From a virus: DNA of 64,000 bases. The number at the start of each line of letters is the position of its first letter. The stretch's first letter is position 1. Below the pieces are notes generated by a model. It was not told the DNA's origin. It did not search any database and saw only the letters and a list, made by a program, of their open reading frames with translations. Shown piece after piece: positions 9,506 through 19,101 of the stretch. The stretch lies in the UHGV virus genome UHGV-1384413. One strand, given 5' to 3'. Position numbers and translations under genes: made by a program.

Positions 9506-10006
9506 GTGAAAATTAAGATCTTTGCTATTATTTTGAGCGCATTTTTATCGCTGCCTGTTGTTGCAGCACCAAAACAAAAAGTGTATCACACCTGCAAGCC
9601 GTCTGATACTAAGGAAAACATTCTGGCATGCAATATCTACAGGGAGGCTAGAGGGGATGGCACGATGGGTATGCTGGCATCTGGGTTTGCCACACTAAAC
9701 AGGAAATCTCACCCCAAATACCCAGACACTATAAGAAAGATTGTCTACCAACCTAACCAGTTTTCGTGGACAAACCACGGCAAAACTTTTAAGGTGACAG
9801 AAAAAGATTCATGGGATCACGCTAAAAGTCTTGCAAAGATGCTTCTAAAGGTCTATAATAACAACCATGTTGCATACATGGCTATGGATATAACAGGTGG
9901 AGCAACACACTACCATACAACAAAAGTACGACCGAAATGGGCAAAAAAGATGCAGAGGACAGCTCAATTCGGGAGTCATATCTACTACAAGGAGCGCAAT
10001 AAATGA
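9506..10006 (+). CDS. SleB/CwlJ-type cell-wall hydrolase with N-terminal signal peptide
   Basis: GTG start; hydrophobic N-terminus ending AAP; NIYREARGD...NRKSHPKYP...QFSWTN collinear with Hydrolase_2 family motifs. Confidence 0.6.
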   Translation: MKIKIFAIILSAFLSLPVVAAPKQKVYHTCKPSDTKENILACNIYREARGDGTMGMLASGFATLNRKSHPKYPDTIRKIVYQPNQFSWTNHGKTFKVTEKDSWDHAKSLAKMLLKVYNNNHVAYMAMDITGGATHYHTTKVRPKWAKKMQRTAQFGSHIYYKERNK

Positions 10007-11985
10007 TTGTAAACAGCAATGAAACTAAAGCGGTGCTAACTGGGAATATGGAGGTAACCAGGGGATCAATTTCTCTGAACAAAGAGACTTTTGGGCTAAT
10101 CATCAAAGGGATTTATGAAGATAAGGTACTGGCAAGCTGCCGTGAACCGATCTTCAATGCTGTGGACTCCCATGTTGAGTCTGGACGGGGTGATGTTCCG
10201 ATCATCATTCACTCCCCTACAGACCTTGAACCATACTTCTTTGTGCAGGACGTTGGATTAGGCATGTCAGAAGAGATGGTCCGCAACACCTTCATGAACC
10301 TCGGAGAGTCAACCAAGCGCAACAGCAACGCTCTGGTAGGCAATAAAGGTGTTGGTTCAAAGGCCCCGTTCAGTATGGTGGACACTTTCGATGTAATCAG
10401 TGTGCACAACGGTGTGGAAAGCACATACCTATTGTTCTTGGACCAGGGTATCCCAAATGTCACCAAGATCCGTGAGCGGAAGACTGAAGAGCACAATGGG
10501 GTAAAAGTTCAGTTTCATGTTAAGAAAGAGCATGTTCTGAAATATCGCACCGCTATTGCATCATGCCTGCGCTATGCAAAATTTCCGTTCACTGTCACCG
10601 ATCCGATGACGAGCAAGATGCTGGAGGGGGACAAAGTAGAGGCGCAGTATTATTATGAAAAAGATGGTTGGAAGATGACCATCCTGAAGGGCTACACCAG
10701 CTCTGACGAGAGTCGTGTGGTAATGGGTCACCAACCTTATCGTTCTAAGTTCCTGGAGACACTAACAGATTATCCTGCAATTTGTGTAGAGATCCCTATC
10801 GGAGATTGCAATATTAACCCAGGGCGTGAATGGACCATAGAAGGTCACGACGATGGTGGATTCCAAGAGCGTTTGGAAGCTTTTGTCAAAGAAGGCATTC
10901 GCCTTCGTGGAGCAGAAGTTGTTGCAGAATTGGAGACAGCAAAAACATCCTCAGAAGCACGCGAGATGATGAAGAACAGCGGAGTGTTCGGGCACATCTT
11001 CGGTAAGAATTTTATGTATGACCGCTGGGAAGAAACAGGGCTAGGGAATTTGGGAGACTGCGAGATCTTCGCAGGTGGCTTAAACAAAGGCCGCATAGGC
11101 TACTCTTGTTACGGAAAGGTAGAATTCCTACGGGGAATCTATTTAGTATTTAACGACGGAGACGGAAAATACAACCGGAATAAATGTAACTACTTAAGCG
11201 AGATTACCGGACGCAACGTTTTCTATTGCCGTAACACGGATCTGGTGAAAGAGTTTAAAGAGGCGGCACACCATCCGTTTTTTGCAGATACGGTCAAATT
11301 GTTATCGGAGCTTCCACGCCGACCTACGAAGAAAGGTGAAACCAAAACCCGTTATGAGCCCGGTTATTGGGTTAAAAAACTTGAGAAGGATGGTTACTTC
11401 CGCCGTGAGCGTATTACTAAGGCAGAGTTCAGGAAGATTAAGCACTGCATTCCTTATGAGGGAGATATTCAACGTGGAAGTTGTTGGCTGGGACAAATGA
11501 GTAACATCTACCAGCAAGATTATGACCGTGTTCGTGCGGCACTCCAGATTCCTGAAGGGGAAGACCTATACCTAGTATCGGAATCTCGCCTGCTTTGGAC
11601 TGATCCTGATTGCCAGTATGTTACAGAGAAAAATGTGGAACATTTGTTGAAAGAGGATGCTTGGAAATTCTTACTAACTCGCGCAGCAAATGAAACTTCA
11701 TATGACAGCCTGTACAGACAGTTAGGTAAAATTATCCCCATGCAGGATTTTGGAAATTATCGGCCACATTTCCACAAGTGGGAAGGTAGCACCACGTGGA
11801 AGTACGGTGAGCTAAATCATCGTGCCAAAATCTTAATCGCCAACCGGGTTAAGTGCGGGAAGGCCTATATTGCAAGATTGGAAAAGAAATATCCACTTTT
11901 GAAGCATGTAGGCTTGAAATATTGGGACACTCCTGCTATGATTGAATACCGTGAACTGATTGATACAAAGAATAACATCAAATAA
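10003..11985 (+). CDS. GHKL-type ATPase, rIIA-like
   Basis: 660 aa; N-terminal GHKL boxes (EPIFNAVDSH, DVGLGMSEEMV, GNKGVGSKAPF); size and position fit phage rIIA. Confidence 0.5.
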   Translation: MIVNSNETKAVLTGNMEVTRGSISLNKETFGLIIKGIYEDKVLASCREPIFNAVDSHVESGRGDVPIIIHSPTDLEPYFFVQDVGLGMSEEMVRNTFMNLGESTKRNSNALVGNKGVGSKAPFSMVDTFDVISVHNGVESTYLLFLDQGIPNVTKIRERKTEEHNGVKVQFHVKKEHVLKYRTAIASCLRYAKFPFTVTDPMTSKMLEGDKVEAQYYYEKDGWKMTILKGYTSSDESRVVMGHQPYRSKFLETLTDYPAICVEIPIGDCNINPGREWTIEGHDDGGFQERLEAFVKEGIRLRGAEVVAELETAKTSSEAREMMKNSGVFGHIFGKNFMYDRWEETGLGNLGDCEIFAGGLNKGRIGYSCYGKVEFLRGIYLVFNDGDGKYNRNKCNYLSEITGRNVFYCRNTDLVKEFKEAAHHPFFADTVKLLSELPRRPTKKGETKTRYEPGYWVKKLEKDGYFRRERITKAEFRKIKHCIPYEGDIQRGSCWLGQMSNIYQQDYDRVRAALQIPEGEDLYLVSESRLLWTDPDCQYVTEKNVEHLLKEDAWKFLLTRAANETSYDSLYRQLGKIIPMQDFGNYRPHFHKWEGSTTWKYGELNHRAKILIANRVKCGKAYIARLEKKYPLLKHVGLKYWDTPAMIEYRELIDTKNNIK

Positions 11986-11995
11986 GGAGACCAAG

Positions 11996-13201
11996 ATGAT
12001 TTTCATCTACGAACATTTCAAAACTCGTAAAGAAGCACGTGACCGCCGTGCAGAGCTTGAGAAGAAGGGTTTCACATGCGCTATTGAGAAAGGTAACACA
12101 ACCTGGACACTGGCAGTGGGTGCCCCAGAGTTGTTCGATCCTGACCGTGACAGCGTCTGCTACACCCGTGAGGATTTTGAAACCCGTGAAGAGGCCCGTT
12201 TATTTCGATATGGGCTGGAAGATAACGGTAAGTACGCCATGATCTTAGACTTAGGAGAAGGTTCCGTTAAACGTTGGAGCGTGGTATATCCACTGTGTGT
12301 TGTTCACGGTGTAGGGTTCACCGGGGTAGCAATCAAATCAGAAGAGCCTTCGGTAGAAGTCAAAGATCCGGTGCTGGAGGTGGTGAGTAGTGTGTCTCAA
12401 CAACAGACCCGAAGCATCGAGCCTTTGGTGGTTATTTGCGGGGAACTCCTCCAGATCACCTGCAACGAAGGTATTTTTGAAATTCGCCGCAGTGAAAGTG
12501 AGGAAGTTTACCAGAAAGTCTTCGACCATATCTCTGTTCAGGAATATGACGAGGCAATTGGTGAAATCCTTGTCTGGTTGGAACGCAAGAATGAGTTCAC
12601 TACACTTGCAGACAACCTAATCATGAAAGATGGTAAGCTCTACTACTACGGTGTAGAGATGCGATCCACCATTGCAAAGAAAATTGAGAAAGATTATGCA
12701 GACGGAACACTGGATGACCGCTATGTGAAATTCCTCGTTCGCCTGCTACGCAATCCTTCTGCAAAATCTGTAAACATGCTCTACGATTTTATGCAGGCAA
12801 ACGACATTCAGATTGCAGAAGATGGTCGAATCATTTGCTACAAAGGGGTTCAGTTTAACGGCGACAAGTGGGTGGATTGGCACAGTGGTAAAGTCCCACA
12901 ATACCAGGGAGCTTTTGTATCCATGCCTCGTAACTTTGTAGAGGATGATCCGGAAGCTGCATGCTCTTATGGTCTGCACTGTGCCAGCAAAGAGTATGCA
13001 AAGAGCTACGGCACTGTGATGACGGTTATGGTTGACCCTGCCGATGTAGTCAGTGTACCTTACCAACACAACAGCGCTAAGTGCCGTGCATGCCGCTACG
13101 AAATCGTAGTAGCTCCAGAATCGCGCAAAGATGGAGACCCAATCGAGTACGTGGTTGACCGCGACGGTAACACTATCGACATTATCTACGAGGAGGCGTA
13201 A
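11996..13201 (+). CDS. hypothetical protein, possible rIIB-like partner
   Basis: ATG at M13 of track ORF with AAGGAGA RBS; lies directly downstream of the rIIA-like gene; assignment is positional only. Confidence 0.4.
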   Translation: MIFIYEHFKTRKEARDRRAELEKKGFTCAIEKGNTTWTLAVGAPELFDPDRDSVCYTREDFETREEARLFRYGLEDNGKYAMILDLGEGSVKRWSVVYPLCVVHGVGFTGVAIKSEEPSVEVKDPVLEVVSSVSQQQTRSIEPLVVICGELLQITCNEGIFEIRRSESEEVYQKVFDHISVQEYDEAIGEILVWLERKNEFTTLADNLIMKDGKLYYYGVEMRSTIAKKIEKDYADGTLDDRYVKFLVRLLRNPSAKSVNMLYDFMQANDIQIAEDGRIICYKGVQFNGDKWVDWHSGKVPQYQGAFVSMPRNFVEDDPEAACSYGLHCASKEYAKSYGTVMTVMVDPADVVSVPYQHNSAKCRACRYEIVVAPESRKDGDPIEYVVDRDGNTIDIIYEEA

Positions 13202-14571
13202 TGGAAAAAGGGCAGTACGATGTAGGCACAGATGCTGCCCTTGTTGCAATCATGAGTGGTGAGAATGTCTTCGTAAGCGGACCTGGTGGGACCGGGAAGA
13301 CATATCTTATCAACATGATCCAGTCCATGTATGGAGACTCTTGCATAACGGTTGCCCCGACAGGGGTAGCCGCTTTAAACGTTAATGGAGCAACAGCTCA
13401 CCGAACTTTCGATCTTGCCGCAGGTGTGAGCATGGAGTCAGACTGGACAGCGATAAGGGCAAAAACAGCAAAGCCTCTGAAAAGCAAGGCATTTACCATT
13501 CTAATTATCGATGAAATCTCTATGATCCGTGCTGACAAGTTCATAGAGATGGATAGAAAACTCCGCTTTCTTCGGAAAAATGACAAACCTTTCGGAGGCA
13601 TTCAGGTGCTATTGTTTGGAGATTTCTACCAAGCACCTCCAGTTGTCTCTTCCATGGAGAAGGAAGCCTACTTCAACTTCTACCACACAGACCTGTGTTG
13701 CTATACAGAATCCTGGGAGGATCTTAATCTTCACAACATAGCCTTAGTAGACCAGTTCCGTCAGGAATCTGTTCGCTTCGCCACAATGTTGAACTGTGTT
13801 CGTGAAGGCCGTCGCATAAAAGAGGTTGTGGCAGAGCTTAACACCCGTTGCTATCATGGTGGTGTCCCAACAGATGCCTTGACCATCTGTGCCACCAATA
13901 AGCAAGCAGAGGAGGTGAACAGACGTTTCTATGATGCCATCAAGGCCCCAGAGAGGACCTACATTGGTAAAATGAAAGGTAAGTTCCCTTCCACACTGCC
14001 TGTGGAGCAGGAAATGAGGCTGAAGATAGGTATGAAGGTTATGATAACCTCAAACGATGTTGACCCTACTCATAAAGTTCCGTATTATGTCAACGGGACA
14101 CGTGCCACAGTGGTAAAATTCAAGACCAAATCCGTGGTAGTTGAGCTAGAAGACGGAACACAGGTTGAAATTGAGCCGAGATTGTGGGAGAATAACGAGT
14201 ACAAACCTTCCCAGAGGTACAATATTGCCGAAAGGAAGATGGAGAAGTTTATAGAGAGGGTTGTGATCGGATCTTATGAGCAACTTCCTTTGAAATCTGG
14301 GTACGCAGTAACATCGCATAAAAGTCAAGGACTTACGTTAGATTGTTACAACCTAGACCTCGGAAAGAACGGAGCTTTCTCTCCCGGAATGACGTATGTT
14401 GCCTTGAGTCGGGTTAAGACGATACAAGGAATAAACTTGTTGCGTCCATTAAGAGAGGTGGATATTATTGTTGACCCGAGAGTCGTAGAGTTTTATAATA
14501 CAACTTTCCCTGGCTTAGACGAGAAAGTCAGGAAAGATTTTGAAACTAGAGCAGAAAAGGGGGACGTATGA
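13201..14571 (+). CDS. SF1 DNA helicase, Dda/RecD-like
   Basis: Walker A VSGPGGTGKT; DEISM Walker B; 456 aa. Confidence 0.7.
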   Translation: MEKGQYDVGTDAALVAIMSGENVFVSGPGGTGKTYLINMIQSMYGDSCITVAPTGVAALNVNGATAHRTFDLAAGVSMESDWTAIRAKTAKPLKSKAFTILIIDEISMIRADKFIEMDRKLRFLRKNDKPFGGIQVLLFGDFYQAPPVVSSMEKEAYFNFYHTDLCCYTESWEDLNLHNIALVDQFRQESVRFATMLNCVREGRRIKEVVAELNTRCYHGGVPTDALTICATNKQAEEVNRRFYDAIKAPERTYIGKMKGKFPSTLPVEQEMRLKIGMKVMITSNDVDPTHKVPYYVNGTRATVVKFKTKSVVVELEDGTQVEIEPRLWENNEYKPSQRYNIAERKMEKFIERVVIGSYEQLPLKSGYAVTSHKSQGLTLDCYNLDLGKNGAFSPGMTYVALSRVKTIQGINLLRPLREVDIIVDPRVVEFYNTTFPGLDEKVRKDFETRAEKGDV

Positions 14572-14906
14572 GTTTGTGGAGAAATATAGTTAACTACGTG
14601 TGCGGTAATCCAAATCCTGAAGAGAAGGATGTTGTGATTCACGATTTTACTAAAAGATCTCGTGAAAAAGACCTCCTGCTAACAAAGGTGATCGATAAAG
14701 ACCCTATAGGGGACTGGGCAGGGTTTGCGTTTACATCTGACAAATACACCTTTAACAAAGGTGACTACCTTGTTGTGGATTTTAACGAAGACATCGAGGG
14801 TGCTGAACCTTACTATCAGACCCTTATCGTTGCAGAGTGTGTTGAGCTCTCTGCAAACATGCATAGTTTGATTCTTTTTGAGCTTGACTCTGAAGACCTT
14901 GAGTAG
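14568..14906 (+). CDS. hypothetical protein (112 aa)
   Basis: ORF with 4-nt overlap to helicase gene. Confidence 0.5.
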   Translation: MSLWRNIVNYVCGNPNPEEKDVVIHDFTKRSREKDLLLTKVIDKDPIGDWAGFAFTSDKYTFNKGDYLVVDFNEDIEGAEPYYQTLIVAECVELSANMHSLILFELDSEDLE

Positions 14907-14966
14907 TAAGATGTGAGTCTAAAGGGGAGGAGTTCCTCCCCACAAAAACTAAGGAAGCACTAAACG

Positions 14967-15269
14967 ATGAAACGTTATAAACCATACACTTTTGAAATCG
15001 ATTTCGAACTTGACGATATGCTTACTGTGGAGGCTCAGGCAGTTGTCCAGTTGCCAGACCCGGAGTGCCGTGATTCTGATGTTGATTATTACGGATTTAG
15101 ACAAATTACCGATGTGCATGTTTACCACAACGGTGAAGAGGTGGACTTCCACCAACTGCCAAACGATATGCGCCACTCGATTTACAAACGGGCAGCACGT
15201 GAACTAGAGTCCTATCTGGATGCAGCAACAACAGCGGCTGCATTTGCTGAAGAGACAGGAGGTTTCTAA
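14967..15269 (+). CDS. hypothetical protein (100 aa)
   Basis: ORF with AAGGAAG RBS. Confidence 0.5.
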   Translation: MKRYKPYTFEIDFELDDMLTVEAQAVVQLPDPECRDSDVDYYGFRQITDVHVYHNGEEVDFHQLPNDMRHSIYKRAARELESYLDAATTAAAFAEETGGF

Positions 15270-15664
15270 TGATTACAGATGTGAAGATTATCCAATACCA
15301 CCTAACCAAATTAGAAGATGCTGAAAAAGAGCTTTCAGAAGTTCTGAACAGTGGGTATACTTTACTGACATGCTCCTGTTCAGACACATACATTGTGTGG
15401 ACACTTGCTAAGAAGGAAGAACCAGCCGGAATCTTGGTGCCAAACCCTAAGATTATTAGTGAGGTGGACTACTACTCTCAAGATGGCCTGCCAGAAGGCT
15501 GGGAAGCATGGGAAGGTGGTGAAAACCCTGCACCAGGTAAGTGGGTAAAATACAAACTACGTAGCGGTGCACAGTATGCTGACTACTCTGATGACCTAGA
15601 CTGGAGTCACTCTTCACCAGGATCATCTGCAAGTGCATATGATATTGTTGCTTTTCAGGAATAA
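15269..15664 (+). CDS. hypothetical protein (131 aa)
   Basis: ORF with AGGAGG RBS. Confidence 0.5.
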   Translation: MITDVKIIQYHLTKLEDAEKELSEVLNSGYTLLTCSCSDTYIVWTLAKKEEPAGILVPNPKIISEVDYYSQDGLPEGWEAWEGGENPAPGKWVKYKLRSGAQYADYSDDLDWSHSSPGSSASAYDIVAFQE

Positions 15665-15676
15665 GGAGAGAGTGTT

Positions 15677-16159
15677 ATGTCAGATTTTATGTGGAAGGTA
15701 GGTTATGCCTCTCCTGAAATGTGTGAGGCTTGCTTTGTGAAAATAGGCCGCGAGGATATTGACAAAGTGATCCTTAAGTTTCGTGATGTGTCTGTAATCG
15801 GCAACCGAGTTCTTAAGCACTTAAAGAATCTGAAGCTCACCAAGAAGAAGTTCTTCGGACTTTTCGAAGAGAAAGTTGATGCTTGGACCCATTGCATTCA
15901 GGAAGCTAAATCTCACTACAGTGCTATCGTTACTCCGGAACGGGTAGCCAAGATGGAAGGATTCATCAACAGCACGGAGTTTGAGTGCCTAAAGGCTGCC
16001 CTTGATAGCTATCCAAAGTGCCTCAAACACCTTGACAAGTATGTAGAAAAGGATGGTGAAATGTATCTCACCCTAGACGCATACTATGAGATGCAAGAAA
16101 TTTTAAATTTAGATTTGACATTGGTATCTACCGAGTATACAATAGGTATCCGGGTTTAA
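15677..16159 (+). CDS. hypothetical protein (160 aa)
   Basis: ORF with AAGGAGAG RBS; followed by terminator. Confidence 0.5.
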   Translation: MSDFMWKVGYASPEMCEACFVKIGREDIDKVILKFRDVSVIGNRVLKHLKNLKLTKKKFFGLFEEKVDAWTHCIQEAKSHYSAIVTPERVAKMEGFINSTEFECLKAALDSYPKCLKHLDKYVEKDGEMYLTLDAYYEMQEILNLDLTLVSTEYTIGIRV

Positions 16160-16165
16160 CACTAG

Positions 16166-16192
16166 GCCCTGCCCGAAAGGGTGGGGCTTTTT
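16166..16192 (+). terminator. intrinsic terminator (copy 1 of duplicated hairpin)
   Basis: GCCCTGCCC-gaaa-GGGTGGGGC hairpin plus TTTTT; identical hairpin recurs near 26325. Confidence 0.65.
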
Positions 16193-16210
16193 GCATTAGG
16201 AGACAGCAAA

Positions 16211-16975
16211 TTGAAATTTATCTACAAAGAACACTACCACAAAGGTGTTGTGTGGAGTCTATTTGACGGGTCTGGTGGTGCAGTTATTGACTGGGCAAAA
16301 GCTGGGTACCTGTGCCTGTGCTTTAATGCAGAAGGTGCTGACCACGGTAGTTATGCAGAGGTGATAACCGATCATCCTAACATTCACTATGTGGATTATT
16401 GGATTGATCCATGGTTCCCTCAAGAAACTTTTTGCATGTATCCAGCTCCAGACTTTATTCTTGCATTTCCTCCGTGCACGCATTTAGCAGTATCCGGAGC
16501 TGCACACTTTAAGAAAAAGCTGGCTAAGGATCCTCTGATCCAAATTAATGCTGTGAAAGATGCTCGGGTTGCAGAAGAGTTGGGAGAGATTTACGATTGC
16601 CCGTGGCATGTAGAGAACCCTGTAGGAGTTATGTCAACACTGTGGCGAAAACCTGATTACCGTTTTCATCCTTCGGATTATGGCGGGTATTTACCAGAGG
16701 ATGATGTAAACCCATGGTTTCCTGAATTTATAGCTCCACGTGATGCCTACCCAAAAATAACTTGCGGTTGGATAGGTAATGGATTTATAATCCCCGCCAC
16801 AAAACCTGTCCCGCAAATAGTTGATGCGGTTAGCGGTTATTCCATGCAACACGCTAAGCTAGGTGGAAAGAGTGCAAGGACGAAGATGATTCGAAGCCTT
16901 ACACCACGTGGCTGGGCAAGAGCTGTATTCTTAGCAAACGAGCCTGCAGTAAGGAGAAGAATTAATGGGCAGTAA
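16211..16975 (+). CDS. C5-cytosine methyltransferase-like protein
   Basis: Motifs in canonical order: I LFDGSGG (FxGxGG), IV FPPCTHLAVSG (PC catalytic Cys), VI HVENPVG (ENV); no in-frame ATG before motif I, so TTG start with AGGAG RBS chosen; track GTG start lies inside the terminator hairpin. Confidence 0.5.
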   Translation: MKFIYKEHYHKGVVWSLFDGSGGAVIDWAKAGYLCLCFNAEGADHGSYAEVITDHPNIHYVDYWIDPWFPQETFCMYPAPDFILAFPPCTHLAVSGAAHFKKKLAKDPLIQINAVKDARVAEELGEIYDCPWHVENPVGVMSTLWRKPDYRFHPSDYGGYLPEDDVNPWFPEFIAPRDAYPKITCGWIGNGFIIPATKPVPQIVDAVSGYSMQHAKLGGKSARTKMIRSLTPRGWARAVFLANEPAVRRRINGQ

Positions 16976-19043
16976 ATTCATGGCATCTGCATACAACCGT
17001 TTCGGTGAGCCAAACCCGAAAGCAACTAAGTATAAAAGTGGGGGAAGTGTGAAACGAGACTATCGTGATGAAAAAGAAGTTGAAACTGTAGAGACTGTTT
17101 TAGAAAATACTAAAATTGTCCCTGTTCCACAACAAAATATTGGACTGATGGCTGCACAATATTTTGGTGTACGATCATCGCTATCTCAAGAGGATGGTGT
17201 AACTGTTACTGCCACCTACTTCCCGTATTATGACCGCTACGGTAATCTATCCGGCTTTAAAAAGCGGGACTGGACAATCCCTAAAGAGCAAAGGGGCCAT
17301 TTCTCGGTTGTTGGCATAGTAAAGGCCAACTCCCAAATGTTTGGTCAAAAGCTGTGTGCATCCTCCAACAACCGTAAGCAGATTAACGTTTGTGAGGGAG
17401 AAGGTGATGTTATTGCAGCATGGCAGGCTGCATATCAGGTGCAAGTAAAAGGAATTCTCACCAATGCTAAAGCCCCAGCGAAGGTGAAGCAGTGGGCTAA
17501 AGAGGTCCAGGATGGGATCGATGCAGTTATCAACGGCGGCGATCTTGCAGGAAAACCCTGCCTACCTTTTGTTGGAATTAACTGCGGGTGTGCAAACGCA
17601 GTAGACACTTTTGCGAACAATGAGAAATTTATCCGTAGCTACGGAACAGTGGTCCTTGCAATGGACAACGATGCAGCTAACGAGGTAGAGAAGCAAAAAC
17701 ACGTTATCAAAGGTGTTGAAGCCACACATAATATCGCAGCATTTTTGATGGCTGATAACGTTTACCACGTGGAATACCCAGGTGAGGTAAACGACCCTGA
17801 TGGTGTAAAAGATATTCGTGACATGCTGAAGGCTAAAAAGCTGGAAGATATTGTCAACATGTTCCGTCACCCAGTCAAATATGTGCCTGATGCTGTATCT
17901 GATTTAGAAGACTTCTCCATTGAATCTCTTCGTAAGAAGACTTCCAATGGCGTGGATATTAGTGCAGAGTTCCCTAAACTGCAGAAGATGCTGAAAGGAC
18001 TCCACAAAGGCACCTTGATGATGCTGACAGGCCCGTCTGGCGGTGGTAAAACAACTGTAGCCAAGAAGCTGGAACATTGCATTGCAAGATACTTGATGGA
18101 TCCAACATGCCCTAAAGCTGATGATTATGAAGAGGATGATCGCCTGTGCCTGATTCACCTTGAAGAGGATCCTGAGGAAGCAATCAACTCTCTGTACGCT
18201 AACCAGCTGGGGTTTGATGTTAAAGAGTTTGTTGAAGACCCCAGTCAGTTCCTGACCGATCAGGAGCACGCTGAGATTCATCAATCTTGGGCCAAGGCCG
18301 GAAAAATCAAAGTGTTCAAGCATTTCGGCTCCATCCCTGTAGATGAGCTGATCACTAAGCTTAAACAAATGGTGTGCCTGTATCACTGCCGTTACATTGT
18401 GCTGGATCACTTGTCTATGGTGATTTCAGGGCTTAATGTTAAGGATGAGCGTAAAGAGCTTGACATGGCTATGACTCAACTAGCCGCGTTCTGTAAGCAG
18501 TTTAATGTGTTTATCTTGGTGATTGCTCACCTGAAGCGCACAGAGATTGTACCTCCGAAGGATAAGGATGGAAATCCGTTACCTTTCTGGTACCCTGTAC
18601 GAAAAGAGAACCTTCGTGGTAGTGCCGGATTGGAGCAACTTAGCTGGGTGGTTGTCGGGGTAGAGGCAGAGGAGATGGTGGATCGTTCCCGTGGACGTGT
18701 CCGACTGGTAGGTCTTAAAAACCGCCCAGCAAAAACCTTAGGTATTGCAGACACTCTAGTTATGGATCCCCACACAGGCAAGTTCCATGATGCCAGCAAC
18801 TGGTACTGGGACAAAGAAATGCAGATGTTTACAGACGGGGAAGGTGGGGAGGTTGTTTGGAGACCTCAGGCTATGTTTGAGGATCAGGAGCATGCAGTTG
18901 TAGAAACACCTGTAGGCAAGGTTGTGGCTGATAAGGTTATAACCCCTGCTGTTAACCCTGTTGACACACAGGAAGATCTTCAGTATGATGATCCGTCCTC
19001 TAACCACGTTCCTGGTTTTGAAGACGACGAAACACCTTTTTAA
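16965..19043 (+). CDS. primase-helicase (Toprim primase plus DnaB-like helicase)
   Basis: 692 aa; N-terminal acidic Toprim-like motifs (CEGEGDV, LAMDNDAANE); Walker A LTGPSGGGKTT in C-terminal half. Confidence 0.75.
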   Translation: MGSKFMASAYNRFGEPNPKATKYKSGGSVKRDYRDEKEVETVETVLENTKIVPVPQQNIGLMAAQYFGVRSSLSQEDGVTVTATYFPYYDRYGNLSGFKKRDWTIPKEQRGHFSVVGIVKANSQMFGQKLCASSNNRKQINVCEGEGDVIAAWQAAYQVQVKGILTNAKAPAKVKQWAKEVQDGIDAVINGGDLAGKPCLPFVGINCGCANAVDTFANNEKFIRSYGTVVLAMDNDAANEVEKQKHVIKGVEATHNIAAFLMADNVYHVEYPGEVNDPDGVKDIRDMLKAKKLEDIVNMFRHPVKYVPDAVSDLEDFSIESLRKKTSNGVDISAEFPKLQKMLKGLHKGTLMMLTGPSGGGKTTVAKKLEHCIARYLMDPTCPKADDYEEDDRLCLIHLEEDPEEAINSLYANQLGFDVKEFVEDPSQFLTDQEHAEIHQSWAKAGKIKVFKHFGSIPVDELITKLKQMVCLYHCRYIVLDHLSMVISGLNVKDERKELDMAMTQLAAFCKQFNVFILVIAHLKRTEIVPPKDKDGNPLPFWYPVRKENLRGSAGLEQLSWVVVGVEAEEMVDRSRGRVRLVGLKNRPAKTLGIADTLVMDPHTGKFHDASNWYWDKEMQMFTDGEGGEVVWRPQAMFEDQEHAVVETPVGKVVADKVITPAVNPVDTQEDLQYDDPSSNHVPGFEDDETPF

Positions 19044-19101
19044 TGTTTAACCAAGAGTGGGAGGGGTAGTACAACCGCCTCCCCTTTAAGGAGAACTGTA
19101 T

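Noticed and set aside
16181-16210. GTG start of the methyltransferase-like ORF given by the track
   Set aside because: The codon lies inside the stem of the upstream intrinsic terminator; TTG at 16211 with an AGGAG RBS fits better
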